Position numbers and translations under genes: made by a program
Part shown: piece by piece, positions 49,001 to 56,290 of the stretch
Position numbering within the stretch: position 1 is the stretch's first letter
How the letters are laid out: each line of letters starts with the position of its first letter
Source: Pseudomonadota bacterium
GTDB lineage: Bacteria > Pseudomonadota > Gammaproteobacteria > Burkholderiales > SG8-39
Direction of reading: 5' to 3'
Assembly (NCBI GenBank): GCA_947455195.1
Contig: CANGMI010000002.1
Span: 515,429 to 579,428 of the forward strand
DNA length: 64,000 nucleotides
The notes under the pieces: model-generated
What the model was told of the DNA's origin: nothing
The model's database searches: none
What the model saw: the letters and a program-made list of their open reading frames with translations, nothing else

Positions 49001-50764
49001 GCGAACGACGCACCGGAATTGGCAGCGCTGTTCACCGACGAAGCGGACATCTCCCTTCTGGCCGTTTCTTACGAGGAGGTTCCTCGAATTGAACGGCTAC
49101 TCAACGCCACTGAGGTACCCCGACTCACCTCGTCGGTCGTTGTCGAGCTTGTGGAGGCGTCCGGCGGTCATCTCGAATCCGATCTCACAAGCAAGGTTCG
49201 ACGTGCGATTCCCTACCTTGGCCGGGTGCTCTACGCGAAGAGCCATGAACGGTTTGAAGGCGCGGCGGAGCAGGGCTTGTTCCGACGACTTCGCGACCTT
49301 GAGGTCATAGAGGTCCCTGAGCTGAAGCTCTCGGTAACACTGGCACAGACATCGCGAACGACCACCGCAGACATTGCTCCGAGCGAGGGAAGGATCTTCA
49401 TTAGGGCGCGGGCCCGATCCATCAAGGATCAGTTGGCCGCCGAGCTATGCAAGCTGCTCGAAGCACCGCTTGACCTTGCCGACACCTTTGCACGTGTCCT
49501 GATGGAAGAGGATGTCGATGGCGTCGAGGACTTCTTGCGGGTTCGTCGAGTTGGGCAACTGCCCGCGGATCTACTTGAATTGCTAACCGAGGGAGGCGCC
49601 CGGCAACCGTCTGACGGGGAATCCAGCGGAGATGACGAAGCTACCGGCCCGGGTTGCGAGGATGGAGCTGTCCAGCCGCCGGCACCAGATGTGGAGTCTC
49701 CAGGCGCCGAATCACCGCCGGCTCCAGATTCAGACGGTGGCCGTGGCGCATCCAGTCATAGCGCCGTAGGTCCTGGAGGCCGGTCTGCGTCCAATGGAGC
49801 AGACGGCGCGACTCAGTTCGGTCCATCAGCAGGTCCCGTTCGTGCGCCAACACCCAATGCCTCGTCCGACACGGCGGGCTCTCGCTCGGCGTCAACCTCG
49901 CCTCGACCACAGCAGCAGCCACAAGGGGGTGCCGATAGCGCGCAACTCGGTGGGAAGTCAGGCCCGGGAAGTGGCGAACAGACGGGTGGCTCAATGGGCA
50001 CGTCCGAAGTTGGTCGCCATGGCCAAGACTTGCCCTCGTCGGGCGCCACCGACGCGTTCCAGCCGCGGAAGGGAGGCGCCGCAGTAGGGCCAGCCGGAGG
50101 TTCCAGAACAAAGCGCGGGCACGGAAACCGGCATCGCACTAAGGCTGGACGGCTCATGAGCTATGCGGCTGCGCCGGGCGACGCGGACCGGCCGGGAGAA
50201 GACGACCCTGCGAAGGCTGCGGCCCGCGAGGCTCTGGGGAAGGCGGCTGTCGAGTACTTCCTTGCTACTCAAGCTTCTCGCTGGAAGTCCCTGGTCCCTA
50301 TGCCACACAGCAACCCCGGGTTTGACGTAAAGGCGATAGCGCATGACGACGCCGACGAGTTCATCGAGGTCAAAGGCCAAGGTGCGGGCTGGACTGAGGA
50401 CGGGGTCGCGCTTACTCCAACGGAGCTGATGACTGCTGAGAAGCACGGGGACCGATACTGGCTTTGCGTCGTTGAGCATGTGCAGGACGAGAAGCGGCGT
50501 GCTCTGTACCTTCTGCAGAATCCCTATGGCCTCACTCAGCAGTTCAGGTTCGACTCCGGCTGGAAGACTGCAGCCATAAGCCAGGCTGCCGTTCCGCTCA
50601 AGCCAGCTGTCGGGCTGTTCGTTGACATACCGGGAGTGGGGCGCGGCCGAATCTTGAGCTTCAAGAAGGCCAACCAGTTCTACAAACTGCATGTGATGCT
50701 TGACGGCGGGGGGCAGGCAAACAAGCTCTTCAACCCTGCGACGATGAAACTGTCAGCGGAGTAG
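46001..50764 (+). CDS. giant sacsin/MORC-like GHKL ATPase fused to a C-terminal DUF3883 (NO VEIN C-terminal, PD-(D/E)xK nuclease-fold) domain
   Basis: GHKL motifs: N-box ELIQNADD (46193-46216), NNEIGF, and G2 GEKGIGFKSVF (46373-46399 plus the next two codons). A body of about 1000 aa is uncharacterised, followed by a P/G/S-rich linker (about 49590-50210). The C-terminus reads GFDVKAIAHDDADEFIEVKG...DRYWLCVVE, with D at 50324 and E-x-K at 50366-50374. The track ORF begins at TTG 45941; ATG 46001 with an upstream AAGGA is more plausible. Confidence 0.8.
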   Translation: MAATGEVTSPREVIERIRTEDYLLDIEEESDRVRRGAKSLHKKLNSALDLLSKDLYSKKSHFILELIQNADDNEYVKSTVPQLTFKLATERLILLNNEIGFSERNVQALCSVGDSSKAKKSGYIGEKGIGFKSVFTVSNAPEIHSNGYHFRFDRRDEANLLGYVVPEWCEPPEEAKPDTTAIVLPAAQGYEFNKETLEDLDARLLLFLSKLREIELLHGEERTTFRRRDKKGLSVLTTEIALPGAEPKIDEYRFVRVSVDFSMEKVPDEKRPEISTSSVVLAFPVDASGAADPQPASQVFAFLPIRQVGFKFSIQADFILSSSREDILTDRAWNKLLREGIAVAFKVAVATFRASDALAFSYLKYLPGEGEISDPFFRSLTDSIVAQLAQTECLPSEGGQWKCPSDLRIAEKRFRDLFPPTVSMELFGFDYVDHRVQGGNDLLRRLGAKSITFPDIFNVFKLHGDWLKKQDIEWKARFYAMLAELDLQKLVAGLVSLPCIPTNAGDLVVPSKSHVFYPLSRGKKFGFEQELVIIDSELLDEAQVHSEKVHALFAALQVKSDDPYDLVTSHILPRHQGDSWKTSEKKALLGHLRYIKDKLKEYLEGAVSAGKTEAQAFQAVRDGIWVGTKQSAEQWLFSKPQQLYLSKEYGPAFCMETLLGEAIPRSLLVSADYLAAKPKDPEFEAESWRTFLIRLGVRVAPRLEAVANGDSKCSAELELLLGSQQSAVRRATLECLDNNWSQYAGHLSFALQVGRTVTNRETQFSVALRSMLAPTRKRVSPPIFEVFYPTPELKGLFGDRLTYIDAVLSNQVLDACGVTHRLDAKACLKRLRQLKAEGGDTTPQLHALYRHLEQFWDKEGAAIKQAFSLEGLIRIKGANPFWAKPTEVAWRSNGPFLDSLYPPLQGQYRDFSGFFNDKLGIPKELPTGKWVEALSKLGQIESIDERRREALAIYKRANRDLTPRFGRDEIPTPGWLNAFEDNDVFLNHRDELVSNDEQLFANDAPELAALFTDEADISLLAVSYEEVPRIERLLNATEVPRLTSSVVVELVEASGGHLESDLTSKVRRAIPYLGRVLYAKSHERFEGAAEQGLFRRLRDLEVIEVPELKLSVTLAQTSRTTTADIAPSEGRIFIRARARSIKDQLAAELCKLLEAPLDLADTFARVLMEEDVDGVEDFLRVRRVGQLPADLLELLTEGGARQPSDGESSGDDEATGPGCEDGAVQPPAPDVESPGAESPPAPDSDGGRGASSHSAVGPGGRSASNGADGATQFGPSAGPVRAPTPNASSDTAGSRSASTSPRPQQQPQGGADSAQLGGKSGPGSGEQTGGSMGTSEVGRHGQDLPSSGATDAFQPRKGGAAVGPAGGSRTKRGHGNRHRTKAGRLMSYAAAPGDADRPGEDDPAKAAAREALGKAAVEYFLATQASRWKSLVPMPHSNPGFDVKAIAHDDADEFIEVKGQGAGWTEDGVALTPTELMTAEKHGDRYWLCVVEHVQDEKRRALYLLQNPYGLTQQFRFDSGWKTAAISQAAVPLKPAVGLFVDIPGVGRGRILSFKKANQFYKLHVMLDGGGQANKLFNPATMKLSAE

Positions 50765-50766
50765 CA

Positions 50767-52500
50767 ATGGCTCGCATGATCCCTGCGCTTGCCGGCGAGC
50801 AACTACGAGCATTGCGCTCTCGTGCCGAGGCTCGGTTCTATGAGGCGTGTCGTGATCAGCTTCCGGCAGATGTTGTTGTGATCCACAGCGCAAGCTGGGT
50901 TTACCGTGACGCTCGAGGAAGGTTGCGGGAGGGCGAGGCCGATTTCACGATATTGGTTCCCCAGGCGGGAGTGCTGGCGGTAGAGGTCAAGGGTGGCGGC
51001 GTGGCTTTCGACGCAGGGGCCGGCCGCTGGTACTCAGTGGACCGCGAGGGTCAGCGCAACGAAATCAAGGACCCTTTCAAGCAGGCATCTGGCGAGCGGC
51101 ACGCGCTCCTTGACCAGCTTACTGGGCACCCGATTTGGCGCCAGTGGGCGGGCACGCGCCTCACCCTCGGCCACGCGGTGATGCTTCCTGACATCAACGA
51201 TTCGACCCCAATGCGAGCGCCAGATAGGCCGAGAGAAATCATCGGCGTAAATGCTGACGTTCGTGCCGCAAGCCAGTGGCTCGACCGAGTCATGCGATTT
51301 TGGAAACGACCTGACGACGATGCGTTGGGAGCTCAGGGCGTCCGACTAGTCGAGGACATCCTCTGCAAGTCGATCGAAGTGCGGCCAGCCCTGCGTGCTG
51401 CAGTGGACGACGCTGAGCAACAACGACTCCGTCTGACTGCAAATCAGGCGAAGGTCTTGCGAACCATCGGAGGACGGCGACGAGCTGTTGTCTCAGGCGG
51501 TGCAGGGACTGGCAAGACGGTGCTCGCGGTTGAGAAAGCAAAGCAGTTAGCTCACCTGCCTTCAAGCGTCTTACTCCTTTGTTACAACCGCCCGCTGGCA
51601 GACGCTATAGCACTCGGGCTTCAGGACGATCCAAGGATTCAGGTGCTCAGCTTCCATCAGCTATGTGACCGGCGCGTCCGAGAGGCGATGCAGATGACCG
51701 GCAAGGACTTGCTGGAGGAAGCCAAAGCGGCCTACCCGGGAAACAGCGACACGCACCTCTTCGAAGTTCAGATGCCCTACGCTTTGGCGCTGTCGAATGA
51801 GGTCCTCGATGAGAAGTTTGACGCCATCGTTGTCGACGAGGCGCAGGACTTCAGTGACGAGTACTGGTTTGCAATCGAAGAGCTGATGCGCAACCAGGAC
51901 ACCGGCTACCTGTACATCTTCATTGATGAGAATCAGGCCATCTATCCTCGGCATGGAAATCTGCCAGTGGCCGCGGAACCCTACTACCTGACTTCGAATT
52001 GCAGGAACACCGCGCCGATTCATGATGCGGGCTACGCGTTCTATGCAGGGGAGCCCATCGACGCTCCCGACCTTCCGGGGCCGGCAGTCGAGCGAATCGG
52101 GGTAGGCGGTGATGACCTTCAAGCCGATGCCGTAGTTCGACGTGTGCGTCGGTGGATTGTTGACGAGTCGCTTCGCCCCGAGGATGTTGTTGTTCTGATT
52201 GCAAAGCGACCAAAGAAGATTGCCTACGACCTGCTGCAGGCCCGAGGAAATGCAGCCGGCATTGCTTGGGCAATGGAGGTTCACGGCCGCGGTCGCCATG
52301 TCTTGGTTGACACTGTCGCCCGCTTCAAGGGCCTTGAAGCGCAGGCCGTCGTTCTTTGGATTGGCGATGAGGTCGTGAGCGATGAGCAGTGGGAGACTGT
52401 CTACGTTGGTACAACGCGCGCAAAGTCCCTGTTAACCATCGTTGGCTCAAGAGGAACGCTCACGACGCTGCGCGCGAAAAGCGACGCACCAGCGCCGTAA
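50767..52500 (+). CDS. NERD-domain nuclease fused to an SF1 (UvrD/AAA_30-type) helicase
   Basis: The ATG lies 2 nt after the upstream stop. The N-terminus EGEADFTILVPQAGVLAVEVKGG is NERD-like, with D at 50941 and E-x-K at 50983-50991. Walker A GGAGTGKT (51496-51519), Walker B IVVDEAQDF (DE at 51835-51840), and a C-terminal block VDTVARFKGLEAQAVVLW...VYVGTTRAKSLLTIVG. Confidence 0.82.
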   Translation: MARMIPALAGEQLRALRSRAEARFYEACRDQLPADVVVIHSASWVYRDARGRLREGEADFTILVPQAGVLAVEVKGGGVAFDAGAGRWYSVDREGQRNEIKDPFKQASGERHALLDQLTGHPIWRQWAGTRLTLGHAVMLPDINDSTPMRAPDRPREIIGVNADVRAASQWLDRVMRFWKRPDDDALGAQGVRLVEDILCKSIEVRPALRAAVDDAEQQRLRLTANQAKVLRTIGGRRRAVVSGGAGTGKTVLAVEKAKQLAHLPSSVLLLCYNRPLADAIALGLQDDPRIQVLSFHQLCDRRVREAMQMTGKDLLEEAKAAYPGNSDTHLFEVQMPYALALSNEVLDEKFDAIVVDEAQDFSDEYWFAIEELMRNQDTGYLYIFIDENQAIYPRHGNLPVAAEPYYLTSNCRNTAPIHDAGYAFYAGEPIDAPDLPGPAVERIGVGGDDLQADAVVRRVRRWIVDESLRPEDVVVLIAKRPKKIAYDLLQARGNAAGIAWAMEVHGRGRHVLVDTVARFKGLEAQAVVLWIGDEVVSDEQWETVYVGTTRAKSLLTIVGSRGTLTTLRAKSDAPAP

Positions 52501-52614
52501 CAGTTACCGGCGTGGGCTGCCCGGTCTGTTCTGGACCTTTCGTCGATGGCGATGCCGCCTCGGAGTTGCCGTTTCGATACGGCGAATCGTAGGTCCGGGG
52601 CGGAGAAGGGACCG

Positions 52615-53076
52615 TCATCGCGACCGGCCTCGCTGCCGGAAGTCAGGCGATGGCGCCTTTCTTACCGAATTGCTCCCCGCCTGCCGCCGGCTCTGGATCC
52701 AGGCCAGCACTTCGCCCAAATCCCACACCACGCAGCGCGCGGTGAGGAAGAACCGTTGGGGAAAGTCGCCGCGGCGCTCCAGCTCGTAAATCGTCGAGTC
52801 CGCCAGGGGAACGATCTGACGTAGCTCGCTACGGCGGATCGTGCGCCTCAGCCCCTTGGGGTTGGCAGGTGCGGTCTTGTACAGCTCCCGGATCGCCCGC
52901 GCGTCGAACGCGCCCAGTGGCTCGGTCTCGCGGACTGCCTCCTTGAGCACTTCGGCAGCGTCCCGGCCGGCGGCACGATCGTCATCGATCTCTCCGTCGA
53001 GCCGAGGAGCCATCCGCTCCGGCTTCGCGACTTCGGCGGCCCGAGCCGTGTACGTGAACTGACTTCCGCGTTTCAT
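52615..53076 (-). CDS. AlpA-family (HTH_17) transcriptional regulator / excisionase-like protein with an N-terminal extension
   Basis: The C-terminal part LRQIVPLADSTIYELERRGDFPQRFFLTARCVVWDLGEVLAWIQSRR matches the AlpA/Xis-type winged HTH pattern. The start is uncertain: ATG 53121, 53076 or 53013. Confidence 0.65.
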   Translation of the reverse strand: MKRGSQFTYTARAAEVAKPERMAPRLDGEIDDDRAAGRDAAEVLKEAVRETEPLGAFDARAIRELYKTAPANPKGLRRTIRRSELRQIVPLADSTIYELERRGDFPQRFFLTARCVVWDLGEVLAWIQSRRQAGSNSVRKAPSPDFRQRGRSR

Positions 53077-53404
53077 TCGCACCCCCGCTCTCGGTCGAGA
53101 AGCTGCCCTGGCTTCCGGCATCTGGCCGCACCTAGCGCCTGCCGCCGACCGTATTTCCTAACCGTGAACCTCGCGTAGGTGCCACCGACGTGGCGCCTCG
53201 CGACCCTGGGGGCATCGGCTGGGCGTCCTGGCGTCTGTCGCCAAGGGTCGCCGGCTGTCGACAACTATCGAGAAGCCCCTCGATGTCCGGTTACGGAATC
53301 CCGCCCAAAAGTGTCGGGATGCATCTCCCCACTACTACCGCCGTCGGCCCTACGAATTAGGTCGCCTGTCGCTCTTTTCCCTCCGCTGACCTTCGCCCGA
53401 TCTC

Positions 53405-53430
53405 CTCCCCGTCAGGCAACCGACGGGGAG
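53405..53430 (+). promoter_or_regulatory. 9-bp hairpin occluding the Shine-Dalgarno of the island sigma-factor gene
   Basis: CTCCCCGTC (53405-53413) pairs with GACGGGGAG (53422-53430) across an 8-nt loop. The 3-prime arm contains GGGGAG, 5 nt before ATG 53435. Confidence 0.5.
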
Positions 53431-53434
53431 AAAC

Positions 53435-54025
53435 ATGGCGCTCAAAGCGGGAGGTGGTCTCCAGCGATGGGAGATCGCGGTTACGAAGAAGTTGGTGGGT
53501 GAGTTCAGAAGGTGGTCTCGAAGCCTCGCGCGCGAGGAGTTCGACGACCTGATGCAGGAGTGCTTGGCGCACTGGATCGTGGTGCGCCGGAAGCTCCCGC
53601 CCGATCCAGATGCGCCGCCGGTGGCCTACATGGCCCAGGTCATCCGCAACAAGCTCACGGATCTGATCCGCGAGCAGGCTGCCGACAAGCGCGCCGGTGA
53701 CCAGGACGCACTCTCGCTCGACGCGTCACTCGACGGCTCCGACGACGGCATGACGCTCGCCGACCTGCTGGCCGACAACGAGTCAGCCCAGCCGGACGAC
53801 CCCGGCGCCGTCGAACGACGCCACGCTCGCATCGACATCGGCCGCGTCCTGGAGCGGCTGACGCCGGTTCAGCGGCAGCTGTGCCAGATGCTCGGGGCGG
53901 AGGGGCTGACCATCAAAGAGGCCGCCGAGCGGCTCCGAATTCCGCGCGGCACCTTGTACGAGGAGATCAAGCGCATCCGCAAGGTCTTCGCGGATCAGGG
54001 GCTTGGCGACTATCTGAAGGAGTAG
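53435..54025 (+). CDS. sigma-70 family (ECF-like) RNA polymerase sigma factor encoded on the island
   Basis: Region 2-like FDDLMQECLAHWIVV...AYMAQVIRNKLTDLIREQAADKR and region 4 HTH LTPVQRQLCQMLGAEGLTIKEAAERLRIPRGTLYEEIKRIRKVF. Confidence 0.75.
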   Translation: MALKAGGGLQRWEIAVTKKLVGEFRRWSRSLAREEFDDLMQECLAHWIVVRRKLPPDPDAPPVAYMAQVIRNKLTDLIREQAADKRAGDQDALSLDASLDGSDDGMTLADLLADNESAQPDDPGAVERRHARIDIGRVLERLTPVQRQLCQMLGAEGLTIKEAAERLRIPRGTLYEEIKRIRKVFADQGLGDYLKE

Positions 54026-54086
54026 CCCGACACTTTTTCACGCGATTCCGTATGCCTGATGACAGACCTGAATCGGCGCGGAATCG

Positions 54087-54932
54087 ATGATCAAGTTCAC
54101 CGTCACGAGCACGAAGGGCGGCGTCGGCAAGACGACGCTCACGGCCAACCTGGGGGCGTTGCTGGCCGACATGGGCTTGCGTGTGCTGCTGGTCGACGCG
54201 GACGTGCAACCGTCGCTGTCGAAGTACTTCCCGCTGGCGACGCCGCAGCCCTCTGCCGGGCTCACCGAGGTGATCGTTCGCGGCGAAGTCACGGCCGCCT
54301 GCATCACGGCGACGGTCTTCCCGAACCTCGACATCGTCGTGTCCGACGACCCCGAGGGCCATCTGCCCAACTGGCTACTCAATCGCATCGACCGCGGCTT
54401 CCGTCTGCGCTTCGCGCTACAGGCTGCCGTCGTGGCCGACGCCTACGACTGCGTTCTGATCGATACGCAGGGCGCCATCGGGCCCCTGCAGGACGCGGCC
54501 GTCATGGCTGCCGACATCCTCGTCTCGCCGATCACGCCCGAGATTCTCTCGGCGCGGGAGTTCAAGGACGGCACGATGGAGCTGCTCGATCGCCTGGAAC
54601 CGGGCAGCGCCCTCGGCGCCACGCTCGGCCCGGTGAAGGCGGTGATCTACCGGCAGGACCGGACGGCCGATGCCCGCCTGATAGCTAACGGCATCCGCGA
54701 GGACTTCATCCGCCTGAAGGGCAGGGTGTCGGTGCTCGACACGGTGGTTCCGCACGCCAAGGCCTACAAGGAGGCCGCCACCCTGCGCATTCCGGTGCAC
54801 CGGCATGAACGCCGGCGCGACGGCGTCATGCCGAGCGCGTGCGCGGTGATGCACCAGCTCGCATGGGAACTGATCCCCAGCCTGCAGGGCGTTCACGCCG
54901 ATGGTGCCGTCGCCGAGGAGCGATCGGCATGA
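54087..54932 (+). CDS. parA: ParA/Soj-family partition ATPase
   Basis: Deviant Walker A TSTKGGVGKTTLTANL, VLLVDADVQPS and LIDTQG. Confidence 0.9.
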   Translation: MIKFTVTSTKGGVGKTTLTANLGALLADMGLRVLLVDADVQPSLSKYFPLATPQPSAGLTEVIVRGEVTAACITATVFPNLDIVVSDDPEGHLPNWLLNRIDRGFRLRFALQAAVVADAYDCVLIDTQGAIGPLQDAAVMAADILVSPITPEILSAREFKDGTMELLDRLEPGSALGATLGPVKAVIYRQDRTADARLIANGIREDFIRLKGRVSVLDTVVPHAKAYKEAATLRIPVHRHERRRDGVMPSACAVMHQLAWELIPSLQGVHADGAVAEERSA

Positions 54933-56290
54933 GCGGCAAGGTGTCGTTGGATGAGCGTCGGCGGCTGGTGGCCGAGTCGTTGCAGGTGGGCAATCCGGGG
55001 AACAACGCGCGCGACCTGGCCGGTCAGAACGACCCGCGCACGGAGTCCCAGATCGAACTCTCGGTCGACGAGATCCGTCCCTACGAGAACAACCCGCGCC
55101 GCGCGACGAACGCGAAGTTCGAAGACATCAAGGAGTCGATCCGCACCAGCGGCCTGAGAAGCCCGCTCACCGTGACTCGCCGGCCCGGCGAATCGCACTT
55201 CATCGTCGAGGCCGGCGGCAACACGCGGCTGCTGGCGCTGCGGCAACTGTGGACCGAGACGCGCGACCCGCGCTTCCGCAAGCTGGTGGTGCTTTTTCGG
55301 CCCTGGCGATCCGAGAGCCACGTCCTCACCGCGCACCTGATTGAGAACGAGCAGCGTGGCGAGATGACCTTCTGGGACAAGGCGTGTGGAATCGTCGCGC
55401 TCAAGTCACGTCTCGAGGTCGAGCAGGGTCGAACCCTGACGCTGCGGCCACTGGAGGACGCGCTCCACGCGTTGGGCTTGTCGGTGAACACCGCAACGCT
55501 GGGTCTCCATCTCTTCGCCACCGAGCGGTTGCGAACCCTCGGCGAGGCGGTGACCGATCTCTCCGGCCTCGACGTCAAGACGATCCAGCCGCGTCTGAAC
55601 GCGCTGAAGCGCTACGCGCAGGCGCGAGCCTCGATCGCTGAGGACGACCTCTACGCGGAGGTCTTCGAACCGGTCTTTCGACGGTTCGCGGAGCAGTACC
55701 CGCACACCGGTGTCTTCAGTGTCGCCGCAACCTGCGAGGCTTGTGAAGTCGCGCTGGCTCGTCATCTTGGCGAACCCGTTGAGGTGCTGCGCGAGGCTCT
55801 GCGCCCGGCGGCAGGTCGCGGTGCGCCGGTCGATCCGTCGGTGCTAACGACCGGCACTTCGGACACCGACACGGCCACCACGGACCGTCCTGAGGTCAGC
55901 TACGAGGCTGGTGAGGTCGTCGGTGCAGTTGCAGAGGAACTGCTGGCGCGCGCGAGGGACTTCGCGGATGCAGCCGGCCTTGGCGGCGTTCTCCATCCCG
56001 AGCCGCAGTCCGCCACCGGCCTGCGACTCTCGACGCTTCCCGCCGACGATGCGGCGCACCCCGAGCGGGAACGCGCCTGGTGGTTGCTCGCTGGACTCCT
56101 CGGTCAGTTCGAGCCGAATACGCCGCCACCGGCATCGCTGGCCCCGGGATTCCTGCACTGGCTCATCGATTCCGAGGACGCATCGGCCACGGCGTTCTGG
56201 GAGTTGCTGACCTGCGTCAGGCGAGCGGGCGGCGTGCACCGCACGCTGCGCGCAGCGGGCGGATCGGTGTCGTCTTCGGAGGAAGCGTGA
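54929..56290 (+). CDS. ParB N-terminal (sulfiredoxin-fold) domain protein, ICE ParB-like
   Basis: ATG 54929 overlaps the parA stop (ATGA). SVDEIRPYENNPRR...IKESIRTSGLRSPLTVTRRPGESHFIVEAGGNTRLLALRQL is the ParB/Srx nuclease-like domain. Confidence 0.85.
   Translation: MSGKVSLDERRRLVAESLQVGNPGNNARDLAGQNDPRTESQIELSVDEIRPYENNPRRATNAKFEDIKESIRTSGLRSPLTVTRRPGESHFIVEAGGNTRLLALRQLWTETRDPRFRKLVVLFRPWRSESHVLTAHLIENEQRGEMTFWDKACGIVALKSRLEVEQGRTLTLRPLEDALHALGLSVNTATLGLHLFATERLRTLGEAVTDLSGLDVKTIQPRLNALKRYAQARASIAEDDLYAEVFEPVFRRFAEQYPHTGVFSVAATCEACEVALARHLGEPVEVLREALRPAAGRGAPVDPSVLTTGTSDTDTATTDRPEVSYEAGEVVGAVAEELLARARDFADAAGLGGVLHPEPQSATGLRLSTLPADDAAHPERERAWWLLAGLLGQFEPNTPPPASLAPGFLHWLIDSEDASATAFWELLTCVRRAGGVHRTLRAAGGSVSSSEEA

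Noticed and set aside
49991-50692. 233-aa minus-strand ORF inside the giant GHKL-DUF3883 gene
   Set aside because: It is antisense to the region that encodes the clear DUF3883 D...E-x-K motif. It has no RBS or recognisable domain.
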